From an uncultured Gammaproteobacteria bacterium (GTDB lineage Bacteria > Pseudomonadota > Gammaproteobacteria > JABCZS01): a stretch of 64,000 nucleotides of DNA. Made by a program: the position numbers and the translations under genes. Position 1 is the stretch's first letter. Each line of letters opens with the position of its first letter. Positions 21,384 through 34,379 of the stretch are shown one piece after another. Below the pieces are notes generated by a model that had not been told where the DNA came from, did no database searches, and saw nothing but the letters and a program-made list of their open reading frames with translations. The DNA is taken from positions 20,475 through 84,474 of the forward strand of contig CAWCVU010000004.1 in NCBI GenBank assembly GCA_963798975.1. Reading direction: 5' to 3'.

Positions 21384-22676
21384 CTAAGCATCTAGCAAAC
21401 GCGTGACTAAAAGCTGATCGACTTTGTGATTATCGATGTCAACTACTTCAAATTTATAACCTTGATAGATGACAAATTCCGTACGTTTTGGAATTTTGCG
21501 CAGCATATACATAATAAATCCAGCCATGGTTTCATAATTTTCATTCTCGGGGAATTTATCGATATCAAAAGCCCGCATCACATCAGGGATGGGCGTTGCG
21601 CCATCGACTAGCCAAGTATTATCATCCCGCTGTACAATTTGTTCTTCCAAAACATGGTGGGCCCATTCACCCATGATGGCTATCATTAAATCATTAATGG
21701 TCAATATGCCCACGATTAAACCGTATTCATTAACAACCGTTGCAAAATCGATACTGTAATTTTTAAAATATTCCATAGCCTCATAAATCGTCAACGTATC
21801 TGGAATAGTCGGCACCGGATGTATTATACCTTCTTGTTTTAAATTTATTTGATTATCTTCCAGTAGCGATATTAATAATTCTTTTGAATTCACATAGCCT
21901 ATAATATGTTCAAGCGAATGTTTACATACTAAAAATTTATTATGTGCATGTTCGTTAATTTTGCGCTTGATGCGATCGATATCATCATTAATCAGAAAAT
22001 ATACGATACTATCGCGCAAAGTCATGGCGGAAGATATATTCAACGATTGCATTTTAAATACGTTTTCAATCAGTTGATATTCTTCACGTTGCAACAGCCC
22101 TGCTTTGGCGCCCGCATTCATCACCGCATAAATTTCTTCATAAGTTAACTCATCATGACGCGTGGTTGATACATTAAAAAATTTAAATAAACCATTGGCC
22201 ATCCCATTAAAAAGCCAAACAAAAGGTCTTAACATAGATATCATCCAGATTAACGGACGGATAATGGCAATGGCTATCGTTTCAGGATAAGTCATTGCTA
22301 AACGTTTAGGCATTAAATCAGCGATTAAAATAAAAGCACTGGTTAATAAAACGAATGACAAGGCCGCGCTATAGCTTAACAAATGTTCCCCTTGATAAAA
22401 ATAACTTAGCCCATGCGCAATAGCGGGTGCAAGCTGTGACTCACCTATCATACCGCCTAAAATCGCTATAGTATTTAAACCAATTTGAATGGCGGTGAAA
22501 AATCGCCCGGGCGATGCTTGCAAGGCCAATACTTTATCTGCATTTTTATGACCTTCTTCAGAAAGTAATTGTAATTTAATTTGCCGCGATGCGGATAAGG
22601 CAATTTCTGATAATGATAAAAATACGCTGCAAATAATACAAAGTGCCAATAAAAATAAAGTTGTTGCGATTCCCAT
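21384..22676 (-). CDS. HlyC/CorC-family transporter (DUF21 + CBS pair + CorC_HlyC domain)
   Basis: 430 aa with an N-terminal 4-TM DUF21 region, then CBS domains, then the C-terminal transporter-associated domain. Confidence 0.8.
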   Translation of the reverse strand: MGIATTLFLLALCIICSVFLSLSEIALSASRQIKLQLLSEEGHKNADKVLALQASPGRFFTAIQIGLNTIAILGGMIGESQLAPAIAHGLSYFYQGEHLLSYSAALSFVLLTSAFILIADLMPKRLAMTYPETIAIAIIRPLIWMISMLRPFVWLFNGMANGLFKFFNVSTTRHDELTYEEIYAVMNAGAKAGLLQREEYQLIENVFKMQSLNISSAMTLRDSIVYFLINDDIDRIKRKINEHAHNKFLVCKHSLEHIIGYVNSKELLISLLEDNQINLKQEGIIHPVPTIPDTLTIYEAMEYFKNYSIDFATVVNEYGLIVGILTINDLMIAIMGEWAHHVLEEQIVQRDDNTWLVDGATPIPDVMRAFDIDKFPENENYETMAGFIMYMLRKIPKRTEFVIYQGYKFEVVDIDNHKVDQLLVTRLLDA

Positions 22677-22695
22677 AATAACCCCGAATAATTAA

Positions 22696-24075
22696 TTAAT
22701 AAATTTTGCAAAAATCACTTACTTTTGTATGCGTAAAACGATCAACATCTTGCAGTAAAAAAAATACATTTTGTGATAAATTTTCTTGCGCCTTTGCATA
22801 CAATAAGGGTAAGGCTTCTTTACGTCTACGTACATGCCCAAGCGGATAATCAATCTGTTCTTTTAGCGTAGTCCCGTCATTAAAATGAACAGTAATCGCA
22901 TTACCTATGGCGCGTTTATCGGGATTATAATAATCCTCGCTGATTTGTAAGTTTTCACTGACATTCATTTTGCTACGCAATATATCTATTTGTGCTTGAT
23001 TAAGATGGGCAAAGGTATCACTGTAGCTATCTGCTGTTAATTCACCCAATAATAAAGCCACAGCCACCATGTATTGTAAACAATGGTCCCTGTCGGCTGG
23101 GTTTTTTAAATCACCTTGTTTATTAATAATACGCATAGCACTGCTTTGCGTTTCTATGTCTATTTTACTAATTTGATTTAAGCGTTTTTTTATTTCAGGA
23201 TATAATTTTAATGCCGCCTCTACTGCGGTTTGCGCATGAAATTCTGCTGGATAGGCCACTTTAAATAAAATATTTTCAATAACATAACTATCAAAAGGCC
23301 GGGAAATTTTTAAAGACTCACCCTTTAAATACACATCGTTAAATCCCCAAGTTTTTGCAGATAAAACGCTTGGATACCCAGGCTCACCTTTTAAAGTAAA
23401 CAAAGCCAAGGTCACTGCGCGCGCAGTCGCGTCCCCAGCCGCCCATGATTTACGAGATGCCGTATTGGGTGCATGGCGATAAGTGCGTAAACTTTGGCCG
23501 TCTAAAAAGGCTTGCGAAACTGCATTAATAACTTCATGCAAATCACCGCCTAATAAATGAGTGACTACAGCAGTTGAAGCAATTTTCACTAAAATCACAT
23601 GATCTAAACCGATTTCATTAAAGGCATTATCTAAGGCTAAAACACCTTGGATTTCATAGGCTTTAATCATCGCGGTTAACACAGCTTGCATCGTTAAATC
23701 AGGACGTTTACGTTAGAGGCAAAATGTGCAGCTGATAGAATACCGCCTAAAATTATCGGAAGGATGTCCCCACTCTTTGGCCGCAAAGTATCATTATAAT
23801 CTAACCAGCGAATCATCGTCCCAATATCAAATGCCGCTTTGATCGGATCCAAAATAAAATCAGTACCGGGTACGCGCACGCCTTCAGGAACTATCGTTTT
23901 ACGCACGATTGGCCCAAGTAAGCGTTTACATTCGGGAAATTGCAGGGCTAGCGCTGCACACCCTAAAGCATCAAATAAACATAAACGCGCCGTTTCATAA
24001 GCTAATGTTGAGGTTATTTCTTTATGACAGACATATTGGCAATATCGATGAATAATTAATCAATTGTGAGTCATC
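22696..24075 (-). pseudogene. prpD: 2-methylcitrate dehydratase PrpD with N-terminal frameshifts
   Basis: The 331-aa ORF is collinear with the PrpD C-terminal two thirds (...LRTYRHAPNTASRKSWAAGDATARAV...). The 70-aa ORF 23694..23906 (GVRVPGTDFILDPIKAAFDIGTMIRWLDYNDT) and the N-terminal ATG region are in other frames. Confidence 0.7.
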
Positions 24076-24119
24076 TTTTTTCTATCTCGATAAATTCGCG
24101 GCCTTTAGGGCCGATGTAT

Positions 24120-25186
24120 TCAGCCGCGTGGTCGTATTAAACGATTATCTTGGCGTTGTTCAATAATATGCGCGGACCAGCCCGTAATGCGCGAGAATAC
24201 AAATAAGGGTGTAAAATAATCTCTGTGGGAATGTTGAAAAATGATAGGCCAGTGCGCTATAAAAATCGATATTAGGAAATAAATGTTTTTCATCCCACAT
24301 GGTTTTCTCAATGGCTTGTGCAATGGGAAATAAAGCAACATCTAGCGTGATGTTGCGCTAATTGTTCAACCTGTTGTTTGATAATCTCAGAGCGCGGATC
24401 AGGTTGCGTATAGACTCTGTGACCAAATCCCATTATTAATTTTTTATCTGCTAATTTTGTTTTAACACCAGATATTGCTAATTCGGGTGTTTTAAATGAT
24501 GCTATCAATCCATAGCGGCTTCATTAGCCCCGCCATGCAGCGGACCGCTCAGCGCGCCTATGGCAGCTGTAACGGCAGAATAAAAATCCGATACGTCGAG
24601 GCTACTGCGCGTGCGGTAAATGTTGAGACATTAAATTCATGTTCTGCATACAAAATCAAAGACACATTTAAAGATTTTTTTAATTGTGCATCGACTTTGC
24701 CGTGTAATAATTGTAAAAAATGATCGGCAATATAACGTGTTTCTGTTTGTGTTTTTATCCGTTTTCCGGTCGTTTGTGAATGATACCAATACATTAACAT
24801 CGAAGGAAAAGCGGATAATAGACGTTCTGCAATTAAACTTGCATCCTGTTGGGTATGTTCACGCTCCAGTGTGCCTAACATCAGAACAACCAGTTCTTAG
24901 TACATCCATGGGATGCGTTTTTTCGGGAATTTGCTCTAAGACCAGTTTTAAGGCATCCGGTAAGTTTTGGTGCGTGCTCAAACGCTTAAAAAATCATCTA
25001 ATTGTGAACGTATGGCAATACGCCATAAATGAGTAAATAAGCCACCTCTTCAAAACTGGCGTGTTGACATAAATCCGCAATCGCATAGCCGCGATAACGT
25101 AACTCATGATTTGTGTGTTACGGCACAAATCGCAGTTTGCCCAGCAATAATGCCAGCCAGTCCTTTAGTTTTTTTGAGCGTCATAG
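24120..25186 (-). pseudogene. prpC: 2-methylcitrate synthase PrpC fragmented into at least 4 frames
   Basis: Fragments carry LILYAEHEFNVSTF, GFGHRVY, and the C-terminal ...[21 protein letters not shown]. The N-terminal MTLKKTKGLAGIIAGQTAI is at 25186. Confidence 0.7.
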
Positions 25187-26003
25187 TTAATAATATCCGT
25201 ATAACTGTTCTCTGGTTTGCATAAGACTCAAACATTCGCGCTGCGTGCCTTGTTGTTTAATCGTTTGATATACTTGTAATGCCGCTTGATTCATGGCACG
25301 AAAGGCACTTAAAGGATATAAAACCATATCGACCTGCGCGCTTTTTAATTCTGACACGGTAAATAAAGGTGTTTTTCCAAATTCGGTAATATTAGCCAAT
25401 ATAGGAATATCCACTGCGTTTGCAAACAAACGATAATCTATCCAAACTTTGTGCAGCCTCAACAAAAAGCGCATCACACCCAGCGGCTTTATAAGCTTGT
25501 GCGCGCAACACGGCTTGTTCAAGGCCTTCAACACTGATGGCATCGGTGCGAGCCATAATCATAAAATCTTATTTAGTGCGGGCCTTGAGTGCTAGTTCAA
25601 TGCGATTAACCATCTCATGAATATCTCACTAGTTGTTTACCTTCAAGCTGTCCGCAACGTTTTTCGACATCTGATCTTCAATATGTAAACCCGCAGCACC
25701 TGCAGCTTCAATACTCACGACGGTGCGAGAGATATCTTCAAATCCTGTATCTGCATCGACTAATAAAGGCAAGTTTGTGACTTGGGTGATGCGTTCAATA
25801 TCAATCAAAACTTGTTCTAGAGTCGTAAGTCCTATATCAGGAATACCGTAAGAGGCGTTGGCTACACCAGCGCCCGATAGATAAAGCGCTTGAAAACCCG
25901 CATTTTCAGCCAAAATAGCACAGTAGGCGTTAATCACGCCTACGATTTGCAGTGGTTTTTCGTGCGTCTTACGTGACGAATGATATTTGTGCCGTGTAAT
26001 CAT
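25187..26003 (-). pseudogene. prpB: methylisocitrate lyase PrpB with a frameshift
   Basis: The N-terminal fragment (...EKPLQIVGVINAYCAILAENAGFQALYLSG...PLLVDADTGFEDI...LHIEDQ) and the C-terminal fragment ([40 protein letters not shown]) are in different frames. Confidence 0.7.
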
Positions 26004-27371
26004 TAAATAAATCGCAGGCAATAACAATAATAATAACCCCAGCACTCAAATAGGCTTCATAGTGCCATACACTAGCATAGTCTAACTTTTCAGGCGGAAC
26101 AAAGCCTAATAAGAATACCAGCATGGCCGTTAAAAACCCAAACCCAGCGATGATCCACATGCCGATATTACCACCCGGCACACGAAATGGGCGTACTCTA
26201 TCTGGTTGTGTGTAACGAAGACGATAGCCGATGCAAAGATAAATAAATAAATCAAGGCGGCTAATTGTGTAGTCAGCGCTGTCATAATCCAAAAGGCATG
26301 GCTCACAGAAGGCATCAATAAAAATGCATAGGCTAAGATAGACCCAATAACGGCCTGCCAAATAATATCGCAACCGGAATATTATTTTTTGAAGTCTTAA
26401 TAAAAGGCTTAGGCAAATATCCCGATTGTCCGGCAAATAATAAGCCTTTAGCGGGCCAGATACCAGGTATTCACCTGAGCAGTGTCCCTATCAATAACAT
26501 CATCGCTATCACTTCAATAAAATAAGGAAAACCCAATTGCTCGCCCACGGTTTCAAAAATTTGCAAAGTCCCTGCCAGTAAATTAATTTCTTCATTCGGA
26601 ATTAAATAAGCAATGGCAAGGGAGCCAAAAACCGATAACAACACAATAATACTGGCGGCCCAAAGCAGTGAGCGACTAAAATCCCGCTGGGATTATGCGG
26701 CTTCTTGCACGTGATAAGCAGTAATTTCCATCCCTGAAAATCCTAAAATAACGCCAGCAAAAAACACAATGTTTTGTAAATTAAAGTCAGGAATTAACGC
26801 ATTCCAAGAAAAGCTTAGCTCGATGGGATGACCACTCCATAGCCAATAGATGGCCAACACTATCATTAATAAACCCGGAATCGACAGTACCCAAACTCGT
26901 TCCCAAGGTACTAAACAAAGCCAAAACTCTCATGCCTGCAAAGTTAACAAAGGTAATTGACCAAAAAATTCCCAAGCGTCACCCAGAAAATAAATACTTG
27001 GCTATCGACCAAGACTGGATCAATGACAAAAGCCAATGATGCCGCAGCAAAAGACATAATGGTCGGAAATAAAACAATACTGGTGGTCCAAGCTCCCCAA
27101 ATGGCCGCAAAACCCAACGATCACCAAAAGCTTCACTCGTCCATGCAAATACGCCACCATCTCTTTGCCACCCGTAGCCAATTCAGCGCTCGCTAGGGCC
27201 AAAGGAATTAAAAACAACACAACCACTATCGCATAAAAAATACCGAAGACCCAGCCATATAAACTCATCAACGATAAGTTACGTAAACTAATAATCGCAG
27301 AGATACTTAAAAAGAGTAAGCGCCAAAACGCCCAAAACCCGTCTAGATGAATGTTTATGCTGTTCAGTCAT
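25969..27371 (-). pseudogene. APC-family amino-acid permease in multiple frame fragments
   Basis: N-terminal fragment LFLIPLALASAELATG..., middle fragments, and a C-terminal fragment (...RPFRVPGGNIGMWIIAGFGFLTAMLVFLLG), each in a different frame. Confidence 0.55.
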
Positions 27372-27567
27372 TGTTTATTTAATCCTAAAAAAATTAACGG
27401 TTTATCATATATGAGAGGAGATTGCAATGGATTCAAATCCTAGGACGTTAATCGAATTCCGCCATTTGTTGGTAGCACGCAAAAAGTTTATCGGCCCAGG
27501 TCATGTCAAGCATGATAGTCTTTTTAAAAAACGCCTCAAGCTCATTAAAGCATATTTTAAAAACCCT

Positions 27568-28271
27568 TTACCGCCCAAAAAAGAAAGAAGTCAATTCTCG
27601 TAGCGTTTTAACTCTAAATAACAAGTTATCTTTATTAATTAAAGAGATTGATTGAAATGCACAAGGAAATAGGACGTCACGAAAAAACATAAAATAAAGC
27701 CTAATGGAATCAAATCTGCGATGAGATTTTGGATATAAATGCAAATAAAGATCCGTGGCAAATGCCCGGTGCTCCATCTCCTCAGCACAATGCCACTCCC
27801 AAAACTGCGCAACCACATTTGATTTTTTAATCACACATTCTTTTGAAAAACCCAAAGTGCAACATATAAACCGAAGTGCTCTAAAATAATCATGAGCAAT
27901 ATAATTGACGTTTATCTAGCGGTAGTTTTTCATAAGTAAGTATTTTTTGTTTAATTGCCAATAGGAATGCTTTGCAAGCATAGCCTTTTTTTTTCAAGCT
28001 CATGATTGTAATTGACATGCTCTCGGCTATGGGTGGCTTCTTGCCTAATAAAATCTTGTGCTTGTGCTTTAAGTGTTTCATTTGTTATTAAAGGTAGCGC
28101 TTCTTTAGTAACGCTGATAAAAAAACTTTCAAGTGCAGGAATGAATAATGAATAGGCATTATGCATATGCGTTTGGACTGGGTTATTGTCACACCAAAAA
28201 CGAGGACTTTGATTAAAATCAAATCGTTTATTTCTAACGATGAAATTAGTGTTCTGTGGAGATAATTTCAA
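27568..28271 (-). pseudogene. ferritin-like/metal-dependent enzyme with two ExxH motifs, fragmented
   Basis: ORFs 27951..28271 (QEATHSREH) and 27568..27855 (EEMEHRAF) are in different frames. Family assignment is uncertain. Confidence 0.3.
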
Positions 28272-28307
28272 TTGACATTTACCTTAGATTCTATGCTTGT
28301 TGTGGGT

Positions 28308-28541
28308 TTATTCATTATTATCCAAATCCTTACCCACTTTATTGCCGATCAAAGCACCCACTGCAGCGCCACCTACAGTTGCTGCTGTGCTATCACCTAA
28401 GGCATTACCTACTACGCTACCGGCCACTGCGCCGGTTGCAGTACCCACTTGTTCATTCGTGGGCGGGGTGGAACATCCTGTTAAAACACAGGACAAGACT
28501 AAACCACTGAGTATTATTATTTTTTTCATGATGCGCTCCAA
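28308..28541 (-). CDS. glycine-zipper outer-membrane lipoprotein (17-kDa antigen / SlyB-like)
   Basis: Signal peptide with lipobox (LSCVLTGC), then Gly/Ala-zipper repeats (GTATGAVAGSVVGNALG...GGAAVGALIG). Confidence 0.65.
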   Translation of the reverse strand: MERIMKKIIILSGLVLSCVLTGCSTPPTNEQVGTATGAVAGSVVGNALGDSTAATVGGAAVGALIGNKVGKDLDNNE

Positions 28542-28643
28542 TGTATAATGCTAACTAAACAGTGAGATTATAGGCGCTCTTCCATTTCTTGCAAGCGTTT
28601 CAACACTCTGTCTAAAGGCGATACGTTAAAATAAATACTAATA

Positions 28644-29414
28644 TTACTGCGCGTTAAAGGGATTCACAATAAACAAATGCGCAGAGGTGGGATGTTGCTC
28701 GGCTTGACTCATAGGATGTTGTTGATTGCCCTGTTCTAATTTTTGCAAAGCACTGGCTAGCCATAAAGGATGGCCACATAATTGTGCGCCACTTTTATCC
28801 GCTGCATATTCACGGGTACGTGAAACTGCAAATTGAATCAAAGCTGCAGCTAGAGGCGCAAAAATCATCACTAAAATACTGGCGAGTGCACTGCCCTGTT
28901 CTTGACGTCGATTACCAAATAGCATTGCTAATTGCGCCATATTAGCAAGCATACCGATAGCACCTGCTAGCGTTGCACTAATCGTACTAATTAAAGTGTC
29001 ATGATTTAAAACATGTGATAATTCATGCGCCATCACACCGGTTAATTCTTCTGGGGTTAAAATTTGTAAAATACCTTCAGTTGCAGCCACGGCGGCATGC
29101 GCAGGATTACGTCCGGTTGCAAACGCATTGGGCGCTTGTGTAGGAATAATATACACCCTAGGCATAGGCATATTCGCTTGTTTAGCTAAGGCTTCAACAA
29201 TGCGATATAACTCTGGCGCACTTTGCACATCAACTTCACGGGCTTTATATAATTTAAGAACTATTTTATCTGATAACGAATACGCGCCAAAATTCATCAC
29301 CAATGCAAATAAACCGGCCAGCATCAAGCCACCGCGGCCACCTAATAATTGGCCTATGGCTAAAAACAAAGCGGTCATGGCAGCTAATAAAATAAAAGTA
29401 CGCGTCATACCCAT
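28644..29414 (-). CDS. htpX: M48-family zinc metalloprotease HtpX homologue
   Basis: 256 aa with an N-terminal TM segment and HEXXH (AHELSHVLNHD). Confidence 0.8.
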   Translation of the reverse strand: MGMTRTFILLAAMTALFLAIGQLLGGRGGLMLAGLFALVMNFGAYSLSDKIVLKLYKAREVDVQSAPELYRIVEALAKQANMPMPRVYIIPTQAPNAFATGRNPAHAAVAATEGILQILTPEELTGVMAHELSHVLNHDTLISTISATLAGAIGMLANMAQLAMLFGNRRQEQGSALASILVMIFAPLAAALIQFAVSRTREYAADKSGAQLCGHPLWLASALQKLEQGNQQHPMSQAEQHPTSAHLFIVNPFNAQ

Positions 29415-32400
29415 TAGACTTCCCCTTGATTTTTACGTGATAAATAACTATAGGCTACAGGAATGACTAATAAAGAAAATATCGTGCCAATCACCATACC
29501 ACCCACGATCACCCAACCCATTTGCTGCCTTGATACCGCACCGGCACCACTAGCTAAAGCTAAGGGCAAGGCACCTAAGGCTGTGGCACCTGTTGTCATT
29601 AAAATGGGACGAATACGTAATACCGAGGCTTCAACTATCGCTTCATAAAATACTTTCCCTTCGCGTTGCAAGGTGTTTGCAAACTCGGTAATTAAAATAC
29701 CGTGTTTAGTGATCAGTCCAATCAAGGTCACAAAACCAATTTGTGTGTATAAATTATTTGTGCCTCCGGTTATATGTAATAATAAAACGGCACCTAAAAT
29801 AGAAAACGGCACGGTTAACATAATCACCAGCGGATCGGCAAAACTTTCAAACTGCGCAGACAACGCTAAATAAATAAAAATGAGCGCTAGAATAACCGTG
29901 AATACCATCTCCCCACTGGAGTTCACATAATCACGTGTTAAACCTTCCCAACTGTATTTAGCACTTTCAGGCAGGACCTGCGGCGCTAAGGCTGCAATGT
30001 ATTCTACCGCATCACCCATGCTGTAACCTGGATTTAAATTAGCTGTTAAGGTTGCCGAACGCAAACGATTATAATGCGGTAAACTATCAGCTTTTACGAC
30101 TGATTTTGCTGTGACTAATGAAGACAGCGGTACCATGGTACCATCCCCCGCACGTACATAGACACTTTGTAATTGATACGGTGCTTGCCGGTCTTTCTCA
30201 GGCATTTGCACCATCACTTCATAACTTTCACCACTCATATCAAAATTAGTTATATTACGCCCAGCGACCATAATATTAATCGTGTCATTAATATCTTCTA
30301 AACTAATTTTTAAATTTGCGGCTAACTCTCTATCTATGCTCACCGCGATTTGTTGACTATCCATTTTTAAACTGCTTTCTATGCTATTTAAACCGGGATA
30401 TTTTTGTAATTGTGTGACCAAATTTTCCATGATATTCGATAGATTAAAACCTTCGAGAGGCCTGCACCACCATTTGAATAGGATTATTACCACCGGTACT
30501 TGAAATAGGCGGTAAATCAAGTGCAAACGCACGCACACCCGGAATACTCACCAACTGCCCTTGAATAGAATTAATAATTTGTGTTTGACTGCGATCCCGT
30601 AAATCCCAATCTTTCAATCGCGTAAAAATAATACCTTGCGTCGCTGAAGGAAATCCTGCAACGGAAACCAATGCATTTTTTTCAGGAATTTGATCAAGGA
30701 CTTTGACTACTTCTTGTACCTGTTTGTCGGTATAATCAAAACTTGAACCTGTGGGCGTTGACAACATGGTCATAACCACGCCAGTGTCTTCAACGGGAGC
30801 AAGTTCTTGTTTGAGCGATATAAATAAACTCACACCTATTGCACCCAAGATCACAAATCCTGCAACCACCCAAGATCGTTTGCCTAAAGCAAAATATAAA
30901 AATCGTCGATAGGCAATAAATAAACGCTCAAACGCATGCTCTAAACGCAGTTGGTAATTATTCATAGTCCCATGAGGTTTTAACAAATAAGCACACATCA
31001 TCGGCGAAAGTGTTAGCGCAACAAATCCAGAAATCAAGACAGCGCCGGCCAAAGTAAATGCAAATTCGCGAAATACATCGCCAGTTAACCCTTGGGTAAA
31101 ACCAATCGGCGCATACACTGCTGCTAAAGTAATAGTCATAGCGACAATAGCAAAAGCAATTTCGGAGCTGCCCTTTATCGCAGCGGCAAAAGGTTTGAGT
31201 CCTTCTTCTATATGTCGAAATACATTTTCTAACATCACGATCGCATCATCCACAACCAAGCCTATGGCCAAGACGATAGCCAGTAAAGTCATGGTATTAA
31301 TCGTATAACCTAGAAAATAAATCACCCCAAACGTTGCACCCAAACATAAAGGAATGGTAATAATAGGAATGGCTGTTGAACGTATAGAACCTAAGAAACC
31401 AAATACTACCAGTACGACCAAAGCCACCGCCTCCAAGATCGTGATATAAACTTCTTTGATCGATTCATCAATAAATACAGCGCGATCATAAGCAATGCCA
31501 CCTATCATACCTTGTGGCAAGGAGCGATTAATAATGTCCAAACGTTTGTTGGCTTCTTTGGAAATATCAACAGGATTGGCCACCGCTTGCGGAATTAACG
31601 CCAATACCACGGCAGGATGCCCATTGATACGCACGGCATTATTATCATCTAAAGCGCCCATTTCAACTTGGGCCACATCATTTAAGCGCACTAAACGGCC
31701 ATCATCATCACGAATAATTAAAGTGCGAAACTCGTCCACATGTTTTAATTTGGTATCTGTTGAAATAGGATAATCCCTTGAAAGACTTTCAATGCTGCCA
31801 CCGGGCAAGGTTTGATTTTGTTCTTCAAGCGTTGAGGCCACATCATCTGCAGTCACATTACGTGCAGCCATTTTATTAGGATCAAGCCACACCCGCACTG
31901 AATAATCGCGCCGACCAAATACTTGTACGCGCGCTACGCCTTGAATTTGTTCAAACTCCGATCGGATATAACGTTCAATATAATCAGTGAGCTCTAAGGC
32001 ACTGCGTTTTTCATCGTTAAAACCAATAAAAATAGTTGGATTAGTGTTGGGATCGGCTTTACTTAAAATCGGATCATCGGCTTCATCTGGCATAAAACCA
32101 CGTACCGCGCTTAATTGATCGCGCACATCATTTAAGCCTTCACCAATATCATAATTCGGTTGAAAACGAATAGTGATATCACTGATGCCTTCGCGACTAC
32201 TGGAGAGTACGGCATCAATACCTTCAACACCGGTGAGACGACCTTCGATCCGTGTGGTAATTTCTTCTTCAATTAAATCTGCACTTGCGCCCAAATAAAC
32301 GGTTTGAATATTGGCCACAAATTGTTCCATGATCGGCAATTGTCGCACCGCTAAGCGCTCAAAACCGACGATGCCAATAATAATTAATAATAAATTAATG

Positions 32401-32447
32401 ACTATGGCAAATACAGGGCGTTTAATACAAATTTCTGGTAATTGCAC
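29414..32447 (-). pseudogene. acrB: RND multidrug efflux permease (AcrB/MexB family) with one frameshift near 30450-30540
   Basis: A 667-aa N-terminal ORF and a 374-aa C-terminal ORF overlap by 95 nt in different frames. Both align to the AcrB family (GGSIESLSRD..., ...VYAPIGFTQGLTG...). Confidence 0.65.
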
Positions 32448-32449
32448 AA

Positions 32450-33520
32450 CTAAACCTCTTTATTTTCAGTGAGCACTTCAACGCTCGCGCCATCGCGTAA
32501 TTTTTCTTGCCCACGTGTCACCACGACATCATTAGGACTTAAGCCTTTTGCAATATAAACGAATCCTTTAACGCGGGTAGCAATTTCAACGGTCACGCTA
32601 CTGGCAATATTATCTTTAATCACATAAACGCGATAGCCTTCCACGGTAGGTAATAAACTTTCTTCTGGAATTTTAACACCATTAGGACTGTGGCCTAAAA
32701 TATGGGTCAGTTTTACCGATAATCCAGGTGCTAAGCGCCCATCGCTGTTATCAATCATGGCTTCCATACCCAAGGTTCTTGTCGCTTCATCAATGCTAGG
32801 TGCAATAAAATTTACAGTCCCAGTAAATGTTTCATCGGGATAAGCCGTGCTGACTAATGAAACGGTTTGTCCCAGTGCCACTTGACTTAAGAATTGTTCC
32901 GAGACATTGTATTCTAAGATCAGGTGTGTACGGTCCACTATCTCTAATAATTGTTCCCCTTGCGTCACATATTGCCCAAGACTTAAGTGCTTAGTACCTA
33001 ATACACCATCAAATGGCGCTTTAATCAGGGTTTTTTCAACTTCGGCTTTTGCAATTTCTAATTGCGCATTGCTAACATCTAAATTGGCTTTGGCTCTATC
33101 CACTTCTTGCGTGGAGATGGCTTTACGTGCCAATAAACTTTCATTACGTTTATATTCAACGGTGTTTAATTCAACTTCTGCATTGGCTTGTGCCAGCTGC
33201 GCTTGTTCGAGTGAATCATCAATGCGAATTAAGGAATCGCCAACGCTTACATTTTGTCCTTGGGTAAAAAACAGTTCAGTAATCGTGCCATTAATTTCAC
33301 TGGCAATAACCGCCGCATTATTTGCTCGTAAATTACCAAAGACCTCAATAATGATTGGAATATCTTCTATCTCAACGTGCGCAGCTGACACTAAGACTGT
33401 GGGCGGCGCCATCCCTCCTGGGGTGGCTTCACCTTGCCATTGTGAATAAGACAAATAAATAAGTAACGCTGCGATAAGCGCACCGCTGATGAATCGTTTA
33501 TATTTGTAGTGCTTCGCCAT
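32450..33520 (-). CDS. acrA: RND efflux periplasmic adaptor (membrane fusion protein, AcrA/HlyD family)
   Basis: 356 aa with an N-terminal TM/lipo-anchor, coiled coil and beta-barrel motifs. It lies immediately upstream of acrB in an operon. Confidence 0.8.
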   Translation of the reverse strand: MAKHYKYKRFISGALIAALLIYLSYSQWQGEATPGGMAPPTVLVSAAHVEIEDIPIIIEVFGNLRANNAAVIASEINGTITELFFTQGQNVSVGDSLIRIDDSLEQAQLAQANAEVELNTVEYKRNESLLARKAISTQEVDRAKANLDVSNAQLEIAKAEVEKTLIKAPFDGVLGTKHLSLGQYVTQGEQLLEIVDRTHLILEYNVSEQFLSQVALGQTVSLVSTAYPDETFTGTVNFIAPSIDEATRTLGMEAMIDNSDGRLAPGLSVKLTHILGHSPNGVKIPEESLLPTVEGYRVYVIKDNIASSVTVEIATRVKGFVYIAKGLSPNDVVVTRGQEKLRDGASVEVLTENKEV

Positions 33521-33555
33521 TGCCCGCTCCCTCGTTTATCGATACAATACCCATT

Positions 33556-34374
33556 ATGAAAAATCTTATCACGACCATAGAATCATTATTCGAAATCCGT
33601 CACACGTTGACTTCAGATAATATTAGCACCGAACAACGTAATGCCGTCATCACTGCGATGGAATTACTCAACAGCGGACAAGCACGCGTTGCACAGCCAA
33701 CATCAGAAGGCTGGCAAGTTAATCAATGGCTCAAAAAAGCCGTGTTATTATACTTTCGCATGTTCGACAACCAACGTATGGATGGGCATTTTACGCAATT
33801 TTACGACAAAGTACCACTGAAATATGCAAATCAAAGTACTGAAGAATTAAAAAATGGTGGTGTACGTGTAGTGCCACCGGCTTGTGCACGGTATGGTAGC
33901 TATATCGCTCAAAATACTATACTCATGCCCTCTTATGTTAACATTGGTGCCTATATTGATTCGGGTACGATGGTTGATACCTGGGCAACAGTAGGTTCAT
34001 GTGCGCAAATTGGTAAGAATGTACATTTATCCGGTGGCGTAGGTATTGGTGGCGTACTCGAACCTTTGCAAGCTAATCCTACTATTATTGAAGATGATTG
34101 TTTTATCGGCGCGCGTTCAGAAGTCGTTGAAGGGGTGATTGTAGGTAAAGGCTCCGTGATTTCCATGGGCGTATTTTTAGGACAAAGTACTAAAATTTAT
34201 AATCGGTTAACGGGTGAAATTACCTTTGGCCAGATTCCACCCTACAGTGTTGTGGTTGCAGGCAATTTACCCGCAAAAGATGGCAGTCACAGCTTATATT
34301 GCGCCGTCATCGTAAAACAAGTGGATGCCCAAACCCGTGCAAAAACACAGCTGAATGAATTATTGAGGGATTAA
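33556..34374 (+). CDS. dapD: 2,3,4,5-tetrahydropyridine-2,6-dicarboxylate N-succinyltransferase
   Basis: Near-identical to E. coli DapD through the hexapeptide-repeat region ([76 protein letters not shown]...). Confidence 0.9.
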   Translation: MKNLITTIESLFEIRHTLTSDNISTEQRNAVITAMELLNSGQARVAQPTSEGWQVNQWLKKAVLLYFRMFDNQRMDGHFTQFYDKVPLKYANQSTEELKNGGVRVVPPACARYGSYIAQNTILMPSYVNIGAYIDSGTMVDTWATVGSCAQIGKNVHLSGGVGIGGVLEPLQANPTIIEDDCFIGARSEVVEGVIVGKGSVISMGVFLGQSTKIYNRLTGEITFGQIPPYSVVVAGNLPAKDGSHSLYCAVIVKQVDAQTRAKTQLNELLRD

Positions 34375-34379
34375 TTATC

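Noticed and set aside
32907..33449. 180-aa plus-strand ORF inside acrA
   Set aside because: It is antisense to a well-supported membrane fusion protein gene, with Ser/Cys-rich unnatural composition.
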